Below, in pieces: positions 13,525 to 27,000 of a stretch of 64,000 nt of DNA. The DNA comes from Lingula anatina (Eukaryota; Animalia; Brachiopoda). The stretch is taken from the NCBI GenBank assembly GCA_051362555.1, contig CM120641.1, positions 45,638,401 to 45,702,400 of the forward strand, written 5' to 3'. The stretch's first letter is position 1, and each line of letters starts with the position of its first letter. The position numbers and the translations under genes are program-made. The notes beneath the pieces were generated by a model that worked only from the letters and a program-made list of their open reading frames with translations, did not search any database and was not told the DNA's origin.

Positions 13525-15010
13525 GATACGACTTTTCAAAAAGGAAACAAAAACGGAAGATATAAGATAACAGCAAAAAAGTACACACTTCTTTTATTAT
13601 ACAGAAGACAAACATCATAATTGCAACAAAGCCTTCAGAAGATTTTTGTCTCCAGTTCTGGTTTTAAGAACACTCTTTAGGACAGAAAAAGCGCCATAAT
13701 GCACAAAGAAGTCAAGTAATAGACAAAGTTATTCAAGTAGTTCGATAGTATTCACTGTGGTGGTAAAAAAGGCATAATTTTTCTCTCTATGGACTTTGCC
13801 TTACAGAACTTGATTAACCTGATTTGTCATATGCAAATGGTTTACTGGCATTGTTTTGCAATTTTTACCACTGTGCTTGAAGGTGTTATTCCCGTAGTAA
13901 TAGCACTGTAAACGGACGAGCTACACAATTTTGGCTTTTCCCTTGGTAACACACTTACCACTTAACATTTAAAACGTATTTGATTACAGCTCTGCTTTTT
14001 TTACTACAACTATTTTCCACACTTCAAAATAATAATAATATAACATATATATGACAAAAAACATATTTCTTGGACTAGTTTTATGTTAACAACAGTAAAA
14101 ATACCTATATTACACAAATATTCACTTAATACTGCTCACAGCCAAATTTCCTGGTGCAAGAATATACTATGTACTCAATATAAATAAGAAATTAATAATC
14201 TTAGAGGTAAGCCAACTGAAAAGATCTTGGAAACTAAAGAAGAGACACTTACATAATGCTCAAAGTTCATAATGATATTTGACAGAAAAAATTCTGTGCT
14301 GCTGCAAATGAATATCATCAATTCTGTTTCTACACAGATCAGAAAAAGACATGAGAGTTAGCAAGTTTCTGTTCTCATAAAATTCTTTTTTTTTTCTTGT
14401 TACAATATAATTTTATGAAAAGCTATCACAATGAATGATTGCAAAAATTATTTGAATGAAAAAAGCAAAAAGTATAACAAGCAAAACTTTTCAAAAAGCT
14501 GAGAGGTTGGAAATTACTTCAAAAATATAATCAGCAGGAATGTTTGTAAATAGCATACAATGCTGCCGTCTGCAAATCACAAATGAGTATTTTAACAATG
14601 CCCAGCAAAACAAACATCCAAAAATGAAGAGTAAAATAAAGTAATTCACTCTTCTGACAGTCAAATATTGAATAATTGTCTTTTTTTATTATAAAATAAC
14701 TTTGGTAACTTTCTGTAAAAAATGGAGCCTTAACTACAATCTTTTTTTTCTAAGTAGTTTCAACCTGGTAATTTGTATCCAACATTCCATGGAGAAGGCT
14801 GGCAGAAAAATGCCTGTTTACAGCCACATTTCAAAATGTCACATTACTTTTGAGCCAGACATCAAGCCAATGCCTTGGAAAATTGCCCATATTTTAAAGG
14901 TTTCTCATAAAACTTGCTGTTCAATGAGTATAATGAGGAAATGGGGTGGCATGAAAATATCACAGTTTGAAATTGACTATTTATTCCTTTCTTTCATTGC
15001 TACTGACTTT

Positions 15011-15062
15011 CTACATGTCATAGTATGCCTCATACCATATGTTTCCAGACTTCTTCAGGGAC
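15011..15062 (-). CDS. FADS2: FADS last coding exon ([16 protein letters not shown])
   Basis: ctctag| acceptor, 52 nt to TAG; matches the family C-terminus SLKKSGxxWxxAY. Confidence 0.93.
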
Positions 15063-18000
15063 CTAGAGCCAAGATAGACAAAAAAAAAAAAAACATTATT
15101 TAAAACAGTTATGGTTATTATATATGTAAGTAAGTTTATACATACACATTTTGTGTATTTATGCATTATTTATTTATTTATTTTGCTGTGTTTGTGCATG
15201 GAAAAGAAAAGAGACAGAAAATGGCATCACTTTGTCCAAAGTAAAATACTTTACCAAAATCTCATAATGTCACATTGATATCAGAACTTTAGAAAACAAG
15301 ACAAGCTGCACATCAAAACCAGCCCTTTGTATGGCAAGGATGGAGGATGAAGCGGCTTGTGGCATTTCGAATGAAGCCGTGATGTTAAATGGCAATTATC
15401 TCAAATTCTTCTAAGGTTACATGGGTAATCAGCTGCATCGAATGTTGGACATGATCTGCCGTAAGTTGTTGTTCTGCTGATGAATCACACCATGTGGGTG
15501 TTTAACAAGAAAAACCTGATGGCTTCACTTCAAGGCAGTGTATTTTACTCATCATTGAGGTTCAATTCTCAATGTTTTCTGTCGTTATTCTGTTGTTTTA
15601 AATTATTCATTTAGAAGAGAAGAGAAAAGGCGCCATAAAGCAATCAAACTTTCCCTTTTTTTTACTTCATGGAACTTTTCATCTCTTTTTTCTGGATGAG
15701 AGTCTAAATTTAAAAATGGCATTTGATAATAAATCCATTTTTAAATTTAGACTCTCAGGACAATATGATTATTATAAAATGTAGTATATGTTTAGAAAAT
15801 TTTGCAACCAAGAGAGTTAATGTTACTGAACCTGTGTTGAGTGCTAAAAACTTTTCATTATCAAGTAGGCCCACCTCACAATATCTCCAAATGCAGTTAG
15901 CAGAGGCTTTGACAGGTATGGGATGTGGTGCTTCTTGCACATGGACTTGACTAGTGGAGCCACCTTGTGGTAATTATGACGAGGCATTGTAGGGAACAGA
16001 CTGAAATAAAAAATATATATACATGAAAACTAACTCCATACAGTATTTAAATTATTTTATATCTTACTACAAATAAAAAATGGAAACAGAAATAACAACC
16101 TCAAATACTTCAGGGCCCAGTTTCATCAACACTGGATAGCGGTATCCACTGGATAACACTATCTATTTCATATAATTGTTACCCTCTGGACAACTTTCCT
16201 GTGGGGAAAGAAATGTTTACTTAACACTAGATACTTATTTTTTGTCTCTGATATTGATTTCCAGTGGTTAAAAAAAAGGCTGCTATCCTCAGGATAGTGG
16301 TATCCATAGGATAGCGCTATCCAGTGTTGATGAAACTGGGCCCTGATCTACTGGTAAAGTGAAGTCATCAAGTCTGTGCATATATTGACCTTATACAAAC
16401 TAGAGGATCAGAGAGGCGATACCGCCTCCAAATATTGTACCACCAGCTGGGGTAAGGGCGATCGTATAGACCCCCCCCACACACAAAAAAGGGACACCAC
16501 CAACAGTCTTGTGCTTGACAAGCTGTAAAAAATGCAATCAACAAGAATTCTCAAAATATGCAAAAAAAATATATAACTGAAAATGGTACAATCAAAGTTC
16601 AGTTCATAGTAAGGTAGGTCAAAGGTCAATTTGTAGGTCACAGTAAATTTCCAGTATATGACTTCCTATTCAAGTTCAATAGCAACTATGGACCTATCTC
16701 AGTTTTGGAGATAAAAGGGAACCAAAATGTGTAAACTTCAATTCATGATGAAAAGTAGGCCAAAGGTCAATTTCAAGGTCACACTTAGATTGCCTCTAAT
16801 GACTTCTATTCAAGTTCAATAGTTATTATAGGCGTATTTTTGCCAGTTTTGGAGATAAAAGGGAACCAAAATTTGCAATGTTAAGTTCATGGTAAAAAGT
16901 AGGTCAAAGGTCAATTTCAAGGTCACATTTAGATTGCCAGTATATGACTTCCTATTCAAGTTCAATATTAACTATGGACCTATCTCTGCCAGTTTTGGAG
17001 ATAAAAGGGAACCAAAATTGGCAAAGTTCAATTCATGATGAAAAGTAGGTCAAAGGTCAATATCTAGGTCACATTTAGATTGCAAGTATATGACTTCCTA
17101 TTCAAATTCAATAGTAACTATGGGCGTATCTCTGCCAGTTTTGAAAATAAAAGCATTAAAAAGTTGCAAAGTTCAGTTTATGGTGTAAAGTAGGTCAAAG
17201 GTCAATTTCAAAGTCACATTTAGATTGGCAGTATATCACTTCCTATTCAAGTTCAATAGTAACCATAGACCTATCTCTGCCAGTTTTGGAGATAAAAGGG
17301 AACCAAAATTTGCAAAGTTCAGTTCATGGTTAAAAGTAGGTCAAAGGTCAATTTTAAGGTCACAGTAAATTGCCTCGTATGACTTTCTATTCAAATTCAA
17401 TAGTAACTATGGGCATATCTCCTCCAGTTTTGAAAATAAAAGCATTAAAAAGTTGCAAAGTTCAGTTTATGGTGTAAAGTAGGTCAAAGGTCAATTTCAG
17501 TCACATTTAGATTGGCAGTATATCACTTCCTATTCAAGTTCAATAGTAACCATAGACCTATCTCTGCCAGTTTTGGAGATAAAAGGGAACCAAAATTTGC
17601 AAAGTTCAATTCATGATGAAAAGTAGGTCAAAGGTCAATTTTAAGGTCACAGTAAATTGCCTCGTATGACTTTCTATTCAAATTCAATAGTAACTATGGG
17701 CATATCTCCTCCAGTTTTGAAAATAAAGGCATTAAAAAGTTGCAAAGTTCAGTTTATGGTGTAAAGTAGGTCAAAGGTCAATTTCAAGGTCACATTTAGA
17801 TTGCCAGTATATGATTTCCTATTCAACTTCAATAGTAACTATGGACCTATCTCTGCCAGTTTTGGAGATATAAGGGACTAAATGTTATAATTTTGGAGTT
17901 ACAATAATGTGCCATAAATTTCGTACAGAAAAAATTAATTAAAATAAAGAAAAGGTCATTTTGGTCAAAATTCTTGAAATGGGAGGTGCTCTGAAGTTCC

Positions 18001-21000
18001 AGATGTTCAAATTTGCTGAAATAATGTCATTTTTGACCACAAGTTGTCTGCCTCGCCAAGCCTTATGTTTTATTTTTCCGGAGTTCAAAATTTATTATCC
18101 ATTACCGTACTGCACATTTTGCTTTCACCACCAATATGTACTTTTTGATACAGCGTAACTCGAAAACTATATGAAATACGAAAAAACCGAGACCACCTCC
18201 AGAGTTGGGCATTACATGCTCTACAAAATGCAAAAAAGAATGGGTCTCTAGCATTAACCGTTCCTGAATTAGAGACAATTTTCAGTTTCGGTATCTTATG
18301 GCCGCTACTCCCATGAAAATGCACCAATTGACCCCAAATTCACGGAGATGCAAGATGACCTGAAGGGTAACACTTTCCAATAATATTATTGGTTAAGTCT
18401 GTGTGGTGTCTGAATAACAGGGCAAATAATTTTTTTTCGTAAAAAAATCGTTTTTTTGAAAATTTTGGCCGGTTTGACCTTGAAATAAAGGTCAAAGGTT
18501 AAATCCAAGGGCATATTTGAAATCTACACATATGACTTTTGGAAAGCCGTCTGTAAAAATTTTTCCCATAATTCCTTCCGTAGGGTAGATAATTAGCATT
18601 TAATTTTGCCATTTTTAGACAAGGGTGCATTGCAATGAGTGCCACACCTAGACCCCAATACCAACAAAGCCCAAATTTTACGTGGAACGAGTTGAGATTA
18701 TAGGTGACCTAAATCCAAGAGATGGGTACGCAGGTCCTTGTAGTGTAGGAGGAGAAGCGGTAACGATGACATGGCGGCGGAGCCGCAGGAGCCGGCAGAG
18801 CCGGAAGAACGAACCGGACGGGACTAAAACCATGTGTACCGCCAGCGCTAACGCTGGTGGTACAATTAAGGTCATCAGGTCAAGGCACATGTTGACCTGA
18901 TGTACTGACATTGTGAAGCCATCAAGTCAGGACACCTTGACCTGATATATAGCCCATTGGACTGGTAACTCAGCTTTGACTTCACAGTGTGAGTCGTGAC
19001 TCACTGAAAATTACACTTGCTGCTGAGAGTATGAAGAAAACAGGATATGTATCAGTGCTTCAATGTCTGAGTAATAAATGTCACTTTATTCACTGAAAGT
19101 TACCAGAAAAGGTCAAGATATAATAGCTTACATTGGTTTTATTGGATCACTGATAAATATATGGAGGCTTTAGTGCACATTTACTCAATAGGCATTATAA
19201 AAAATTCTGTATTTGAAGGCTGTACAAATGTGCTTAAATTAATATTGGTTTCTTTTTTTTTTTCAGTGACTGATTTAAGGAATAACCTAGCCCAGATTTA
19301 TGTCATTTCTACCCCTCAGATGAAATTTCAAAAATAGAAGCAGGAGGGAAAAGAAAGATAGACGGATGCAGTGTATAATGAAACTTTCATGACTTTCCTG
19401 TTAAATATCATGCAATAAACTGGAAGCTCCCTGAAGCAACTTTTTAATGTTTTGACCTTTTTCAATCCACACCAAACACACCGTGGCATTTCACAGGGAA
19501 ATGTTTAGCCAAGGAGAGCAGTGGGATACTGACAGGGGGCTGATGGCTGAGGAGAGGGGGGGGGGGAGAAGTAAACGCCTTGTAGGCATTTATGGAAATA
19601 CTCTGCCAAACAAAGGCCGGATGTCATTTCAAAGGAGCAGTCGGTTGAAGTGCATGCATACATGTGTGCATGTGCATGTGCACAGTGGTATGTGTGTGTA
19701 TGTGTGTGTGTGTGTGAAGGGGGAATGCTTGGTGGTGGTGAAGACTTGTTCAGTCACCTTTAACAAAACAGCAATTAGAGTTGAAACTGTATGGAAGAAG
19801 ATACAAAACATGCCTTAGCATTTTGGTTTATAAAGAGGCAGGGAACTTAACAGACTAAAATAAATTGCTTTTCTCTTGTACTGTCAGACCTGTGCTTCCC
19901 TAATAAGGACAAGGAACAGGCTGTATACATATTTCAGTAAACAAACAGCAGTATGTCACATACATATACATGCACAACTCTCAAAATTAGGAGTTGAATA
20001 AACTGGAAAGTTTAAATGCTATCTTAGGGGCAAATCTCAATGAAAATAGCGAATGCATGAAGTGAAATTATTTTGCTTGTGTTTGTATAGCTTTAAAAAA
20101 AGAAGCATTTTTATTTGGATCGTACTCTCCCTATCAGCACCCACATGCAAGGCAGCATCACAAAAAAGTGTTGCTTACTACCATTTCATCTTTTTGAGCC
20201 TTATAACGTTCTTGACTGTGCCAATATACATGTAATGCTATATAATTTCATGAAGTTTAACAACTGAGAAAAAAAGTAGGTAAATGGATATTGCAACAAA
20301 AGCTTAACCAACTTAACATGTGCACTTGTTAAAATCCGTATATATTTTTTAGTTTATTCTTCAGAAAGGGGAGTGAACTTAAACCACAAAATAAAAAAAA
20401 ATACAGTGATCAAACAAAACTAGTCACATAAGCTATGGTAGCACTAGCAATTTTTTTCGCTTAGCCAAATCTCTATTTTTTCATCACTTTTTTCTTCAAA
20501 TGATTTAAATTTGACTAAAACAAGTCAAATCAATCCTATTTTGTTTAGACAATTTAAGTCAGTTTTAGCATTTGGCTAACTGGTGAGTGTTAGCACTACC
20601 CCAGATAAGATTTCAATTAACCTGCTTTAACTTCCAAAAGTATCAGAAAAAAATCCAGATATAATAGAAAATTATGTACAAAGTGCCATACCTAGACCAC
20701 ACAATGGCATTACTGGATAAGTAACTAATTAATTAATGTGAGACTGAATTCACTGTTTATTAATCAATATTGCATTTGGTAGCACTGTGATAATTCTTTT
20801 CATACTAAATCAACATATCAATTACTCTGGTATTTTTAGAAGAGGGCCTCAAGCCCCACCTTTTCTTCCCCTCTCCTGATATTTAGTATCTAATGGGTCA
20901 CTAGAAAAACATGTGCATGCCGTCTTTTAAGATTTCAAACACTGTCTTCCCTTTTAGTTTTTCCTCAACATTTTCAGATACCATGAAAAAGAAATAGCAC

Positions 21001-24000
21001 TGTTACCTCTCCGTAAATCAATGGTTTCAGTTTGTAGGAATATAATTAGCAATTTTTTTATAAACAGAAGCAAAAATGCTGGGAATTTGCCCTTTTAAAT
21101 TCTTTTAAACACAAGTCAGCAGATATGTATGTGGGTTAGTCAATCTTCCGTGTTCATGCAGGCTGCTTTGAATGTAGGATTGCCTTAGAGTTTTGTACAT
21201 ATTTGTGACTAAGCACAGTGAACGTTGTGAATGCATGTGCATCAGTGTGTGTGTGTGCATGCATGTGTGCACTGACAATATCTTTCTTGTAATACAAACA
21301 GGCATATCATTTCATTTAATTGGACTACTTGTGATTGATCTTGGGTCAAAGTAAACAACAGGTACATTTACAATGAAATTATTAACTTCCATGTGTGCCC
21401 AGTTTCTGGAAGCTGTTTCACTTCGTTTTGAGTTTGAAAGAGCACACACAAAAGTCAATCACTCCCTAGCTGTTTGAGGAGCCATATCATTCTGTTAACC
21501 TGATTGCATTCGGCTAGAATTCCTGTTGAGTTGGATTGAACTACCTAGTGCAATGGTTTCATTGTTAACGCACCCTAACATTTTGGTCTTAAATTTAGAT
21601 TAACCTCCAGGCTGATGTGCTTTTGAGATGCGGGTCCTGGTGTAAAGGAAATCTTGTAAATACAAACATATCACTGTACTTACTGGTGTTCTATCTGATA
21701 GTTCAAATGGCCAGTAAACCAGTCGTTGAAGTAACCAGGTTCCACGTTGCATGCTGCAGCCAGCTGCTGGCTGAACCAGTCTCGTTGTTGATCTTTGTCG
21801 ATGTCCATAGGGATGTGGTTCATCTGAGTAACCCACACAAACCAGTGGCTCTCAAGAAATCTGAAAATAGGGGAGTATGGTGCAGAATATTTTCAAAATA
21901 AAATAATATCTGAAAAAGACTTATGACTTAAATAAAGTTATTATAGGGAATATCCTGGTAAGGATGAAAAGAATCTTAATAAATGCCCTCAAACTACATG
22001 TAATATGTGGGACATTTTCATGTATTTTGAATGGGTTTAAATCTTCACTAAATAAGAGGCATCAATACCATGAGGTGATCTGTCTGCACAACAAACTACT
22101 GTAGCAGACCTGGGAATCACCAGGGAAAAGGGTCAAGAAGAAAGATTCATACCTGACAAAGAAGTAGAGTCCCAGAGTTCCCCATCCTCCAAGGTAGGGT
22201 CCATAGAGGTAGAACCAACGTGTGAAGAAGGTTAACATCCAGAACAGGTCCTGACATGATATATAAAAAAAACACATTGATGATTTAATAAATCTTCTTC
22301 TCTTATTGTTTTCATTATGTTACCATTACTTTTATTGTATCAACACATTTTGATTACATTCTAATAATTTTTGTGGCCACATTATATAAGCATTATATTC
22401 TTACACATAATCTACTATAAACTCTTAAAGTTTAAATTTAGCAGTCAAATTTTGAAGACATTTAAAGACATTCTGTGTTTCTTAAGACTATGGTTCAGCC
22501 TAACTCAGTAGTTCATCAATTTTCTTAAAGAGTCATTCATCAAAGTCAATCTCTTGACTTAAAACTCATCTCATTTAAATAGGAGAGGGAGGGGAGAATG
22601 GAGGAATTAGATATCTCCCCTCTGTCAGCTGATCATAATCAGAGAGGTTGGACTGAGTTACATTGACGCAACTTGAATGAAAACACGACTTATGTCAATC
22701 AGTTTTGATTGCGTCTTACTTTAAACTGCCAAAGTAGTTAAAATGTTTGAGTTGATAAATATTGTCTCCTTGGCTTTAAACTCCTGGGTATGAATAATAT
22801 GCAAAATGTTTTAGAAATCAGAAAAAAATCAATTTAAAACTCTAATACTATCTTATATATAGTCCCTCTTACTCTATCATTTATGTGGAATTAATGGCCC
22901 CCAATTTACTTACCCACCACTCTTTGCGTTTAAACACAAAATACAAATTCTCTATGTGAAAATACACTGGAAGCAGGGCTGGAGGTCCAACTGAAAACAA
23001 AAACAGAAGCAATCACTTATTCAGCCCAATATAAGAAATTCCAATAAATCAGTCAGACTTTCCTGGAAAAATATCTATTTGGATTCAATTTGTCTAATTT
23101 GTCAAGTCAAACAATAGCATAACCATTCCATGAAAGTCTCATTATATAAAATGTCATTTGCGGGAACTTTAAGTCAAACTGGAAAATTAAAAGTCATTAT
23201 TCACTGATAGAGATTAGATACTCATTAGATAGTGTGCTTCATCTAAAACCTGGAAATTGATTTTTTTTTCCTATGCTCAGTGGAACATTTGAGTGAGTAT
23301 GCCAAGTACAGATTAATAGTAAATAAGAGACACTGCTTACAAAGAAAGAAGTAATGATGCTGGAACTGATACGGCATAAACCCCTTCTTCTTCTCGCCCC
23401 ACCAGCTAGGCATTTTGTCCCCCAGTAAGAAGACATAAGGCAGGGTTATATCTGGGTCCTTCACATACACGTTGGGCTTTACGTGGTGTTGAAAATGGCG
23501 GAAGTTCCACCAGTGTGATGATGCAGCCTGAAAAATGTGTACGAGTTACTGATTACCACTTACCTTTAGAAGAAAATCATTGACTGTTAGGGAAATGTAA
23601 ATATGAACATCATGACTGAAACAACAATTCAACTTAGTCACAGAGTGGTTACTACTCTATTTTTTATTTCATATGCTGGGGTAGCGCTAACACTCGCCAA
23701 TTTAGCCAAATGCTAAAACTTAATTAAATTGGCTAAAGAAAAAGGGCTTGATATTACTTGTTTTAGTCAAATTATAGCCATTTTGATAACATATTGACAA
23801 AAAAGTGGTGATTTGGCAGAAAAAATAGCTAGCGCTACCCCAGATATTCATTTACTTACTGATTACTTCATTGTATGTTGTTTACTACATCAGTTTCAAA
23901 TATCTTCTGGTAACACCAGCTACACCCAATGCTTCATCACTAGTTCTCTAATCAGCCTATAGGGGGAAGCACCTACATAAATGTCAAAAGACTGACTGAC

Positions 24001-27000
24001 TTGGATGATTTGTTTTACCTTGATCCCTCCAATGACAACTTCATGCATCAGATGATTTAATTTTCTACTATTGAACACTGACAAATGACCATAGTCATGC
24101 TGAGTCCACCCAGCCTGCCCCTAGTAAAAAAGAAAATTATGAATTATAAATAACAGTGCATGTACAGTACTAGAATATACAATACATGTACCTGTGTTAG
24201 TAACTGCACACAGAAATAAGGTTATTTTACATGTCCATGTTTGAAAACATTTCCTGGTTAGAATGCTTCATCTGAACAATACTGATAACACAACTTCGTT
24301 ACACATAAAAAACTTTGTAATGAACTCAAAGGTGATTAATTTAAATAAAAGTATTCATCAATGGCATTTAAGAAGTTAAATGACACATTAACTTGTTAAC
24401 ACTGGTATTAAAAACTTTCTTTAAATGAAAGAATAACCTATGAGTAAATAGAAATTTGAAAATGCAAACACAAATGGTTGTTATTACATTAATGGATTGA
24501 ACTGAAACAAGATTGAGATGTGATCAGCATAATTTCATAGAACCCGTTTTTGAAGTGCTAGTCAAATATGTATAGTATAAGTAGCAATAGAGTATTAAGA
24601 GAAAATTGAATCAAAAAAATGCTTAAAATCTTTGATTAGTCAAGCATCTTCCATTAGACTAAGTACAATAATCAAATATCTGTTGAAAACATCACAAGGA
24701 TAATGGGATGACCTTTGACCCCAATGACCTATGACCCCACAGGCAACAATAGTTACTTTGAATCTGAAATTGAGACTTTGAAAACTTTAACAATGGGTTT
24801 GAAACTTAAGGAGCGGATGTACCCAAATATAGCTAAAAATAGCCATTTTTGGTTTTTTATGTCTAATTATTGGTTAAACGTGTATTTAACGTTTAACAGA
24901 ATAAAATTTTTACATTTTGAACAAAAAATTTGTTTTTTCTGATTATTCTGATGCTGCACACATCGACAGCGGTGGCCTGGTATATGCCCCGCCTTCGTTG
25001 TCAAGGGCCGTTGGCATGGGTAAACTCGGTGGGCGGACCTTAGCAGCATCAGCACGTCTAGGGAAACAATAGAACAGGGATGCGCCATGCCCCCTTTGTC
25101 ATAAACAGCGATCGGCAAAGCAGTGCCTATTGTTCCGCTTAAGCTGTTTTGATAGTCTCTCTTGATTGTGATCAGCGCTAAGATGAATCTTTTCCGACAC
25201 ATTGGATTTGCTCGAAATACTCGTTCTCCCTTGAATATTGCTTGTTGTTACACGCGTTCTTTCGATTTTCTTGTTAACTTTTTGAGATACGCAAAAGAAA
25301 AGAAGAAAATTCCGTTGCTTGCTACCCGTGACAACAATCGTCATTCTTTCTATCTATTTTCGCCAACAGGTCGATGCAGTTTAGTGTTAGATTTTAAAAA
25401 TATACATGGGGGTAACTAGGCATATGCACGGATGCACTGTGCGTACATTTTTTTTGGCCAACCATGATATTATTTTATATAAATTTAGTGTATTTTTCAC
25501 GGAATATAAAGAAATTCTCTGCTTATTAAAGTCACCTGTATGGAATATACTGGAATAACACACAAGATTGTTTTGCGTAAATACAGGACTTGAGCCCACA
25601 CTCTAGCATAATTATTCACTGGGTGGCGCATAGGTTCAATACATGTGCATTAAAGAAAGTAAAGCAAATAAATCTGATGATATCGCTAGACTCCGCGCGA
25701 ACTATATCAGGCTGAGGTCACGAAAGAGCTTATTATAAACATTTTGATTTTTCCGAATTATGAGCTGGAGAATTAGCCTTAGCATCAATTCTAGGTACAG
25801 TTCTGGATTCATGTACGCACTTTAAAGGCCGACATAGTGGTTTTTTTTCTTCAACAATTATCGCAGAATTTTTCCTGACTCACCCAACTTTAGACATTTC
25901 CTCTAACAAAGCCTTTCTGGTTGCGTCTATTTCTTGTTGTTGGTGGTCCGATCGGCGTCCTGTAACACGACCGTGTTTTCGAACCATTTTTCGCTTGGCG
26001 AATGTGGACAAGACCGCATGCGATGCTGCTATTGTGTGCACATCCTAGAGCGCATCCCTAACACTTGCCCCGACGGCAATTGACGTGGCCACTGATTGCT
26101 TGGGTCATTAGGGCTTACTTGATTGCCTGTCAATCATTCTGGCAGTGCTAGCGGTAACCCCTTGAAGTTACTAACAGGAGGTGAGATTGATACAAAAATA
26201 AGATTTTCTGACATCCAAATACATGCAAACAAGCTAATTTCAACCGGCAAAAGAGTACCCATCTTCGCGATCATCAGAATGATAACAGGTAAAGCTGCCA
26301 ACAATTTTATTTGCTTATATGGACAATTAACTTCACTGAAAGGGTTTTTGCTCGTTTTCTTTGCTTTCAATATTGACGAGATAGCGTTATCTTAACAAGC
26401 TTTAACTATCTACCTGTACACCTGAGGGAGACCAAATTCACCATGCTAATTATGAACAGTATGCTCTAAAAGTGCTTTTTAAGAAATTTTGATTGATCCT
26501 CTCTTTTCTAATTTATAGACTTTGAAAGTGAAAATTCCCTAATATTTTGATGTAATTTCACGTTTTTATAGATAAAATCAACAATAAGTGTCTGAAGAAA
26601 AATCCCTGACTCCATGCTGTAGTACTTTGTTCAAGTGTCATAATGACATCAAAAGCAAGTTTATAGCTGTCCAGGTGCCTGAGAAAATCAGGTGTATAAA
26701 AATGGTGTTTTTGTCCCCAAAATCCCAATATTACGTCACACGATGAAGTTAAAGCTGTGTTCCAAGCATAATTAGATATTTTGAAGATACGTTAAATGAA
26801 TGTGACAGGAATAAAAAAGCCAAGACCTTTATTTTAAGAGAAAATCTCAAACCTACATTCCCTCCTTAAGAAGGAAGAGATATCAAGGAAACTATGAATA
26901 TGACTCAATCTTTTCAATGAGAAACATTGCAAATTTTACAAATACTGTTTCTTTTTCTTTCTTTCTTTTTTTTAACTAATAAATTCTTAAAATAACAACA

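Noticed and set aside
14702-15103. 133-aa plus-strand ORF
   Set aside because: Antisense to the FADS last exon and 3' UTR, non-ATG start, no motif.
16593-17877. CRISPR-like regular repeat
   Set aside because: Whole units are homologous with no unique spacers, the context is eukaryotic and there are no cas genes.
18678-18911. GC-rich ORFs on both strands
   Set aside because: They lie in the terminal low-complexity part of the HINE; no Rep/helicase similarity.
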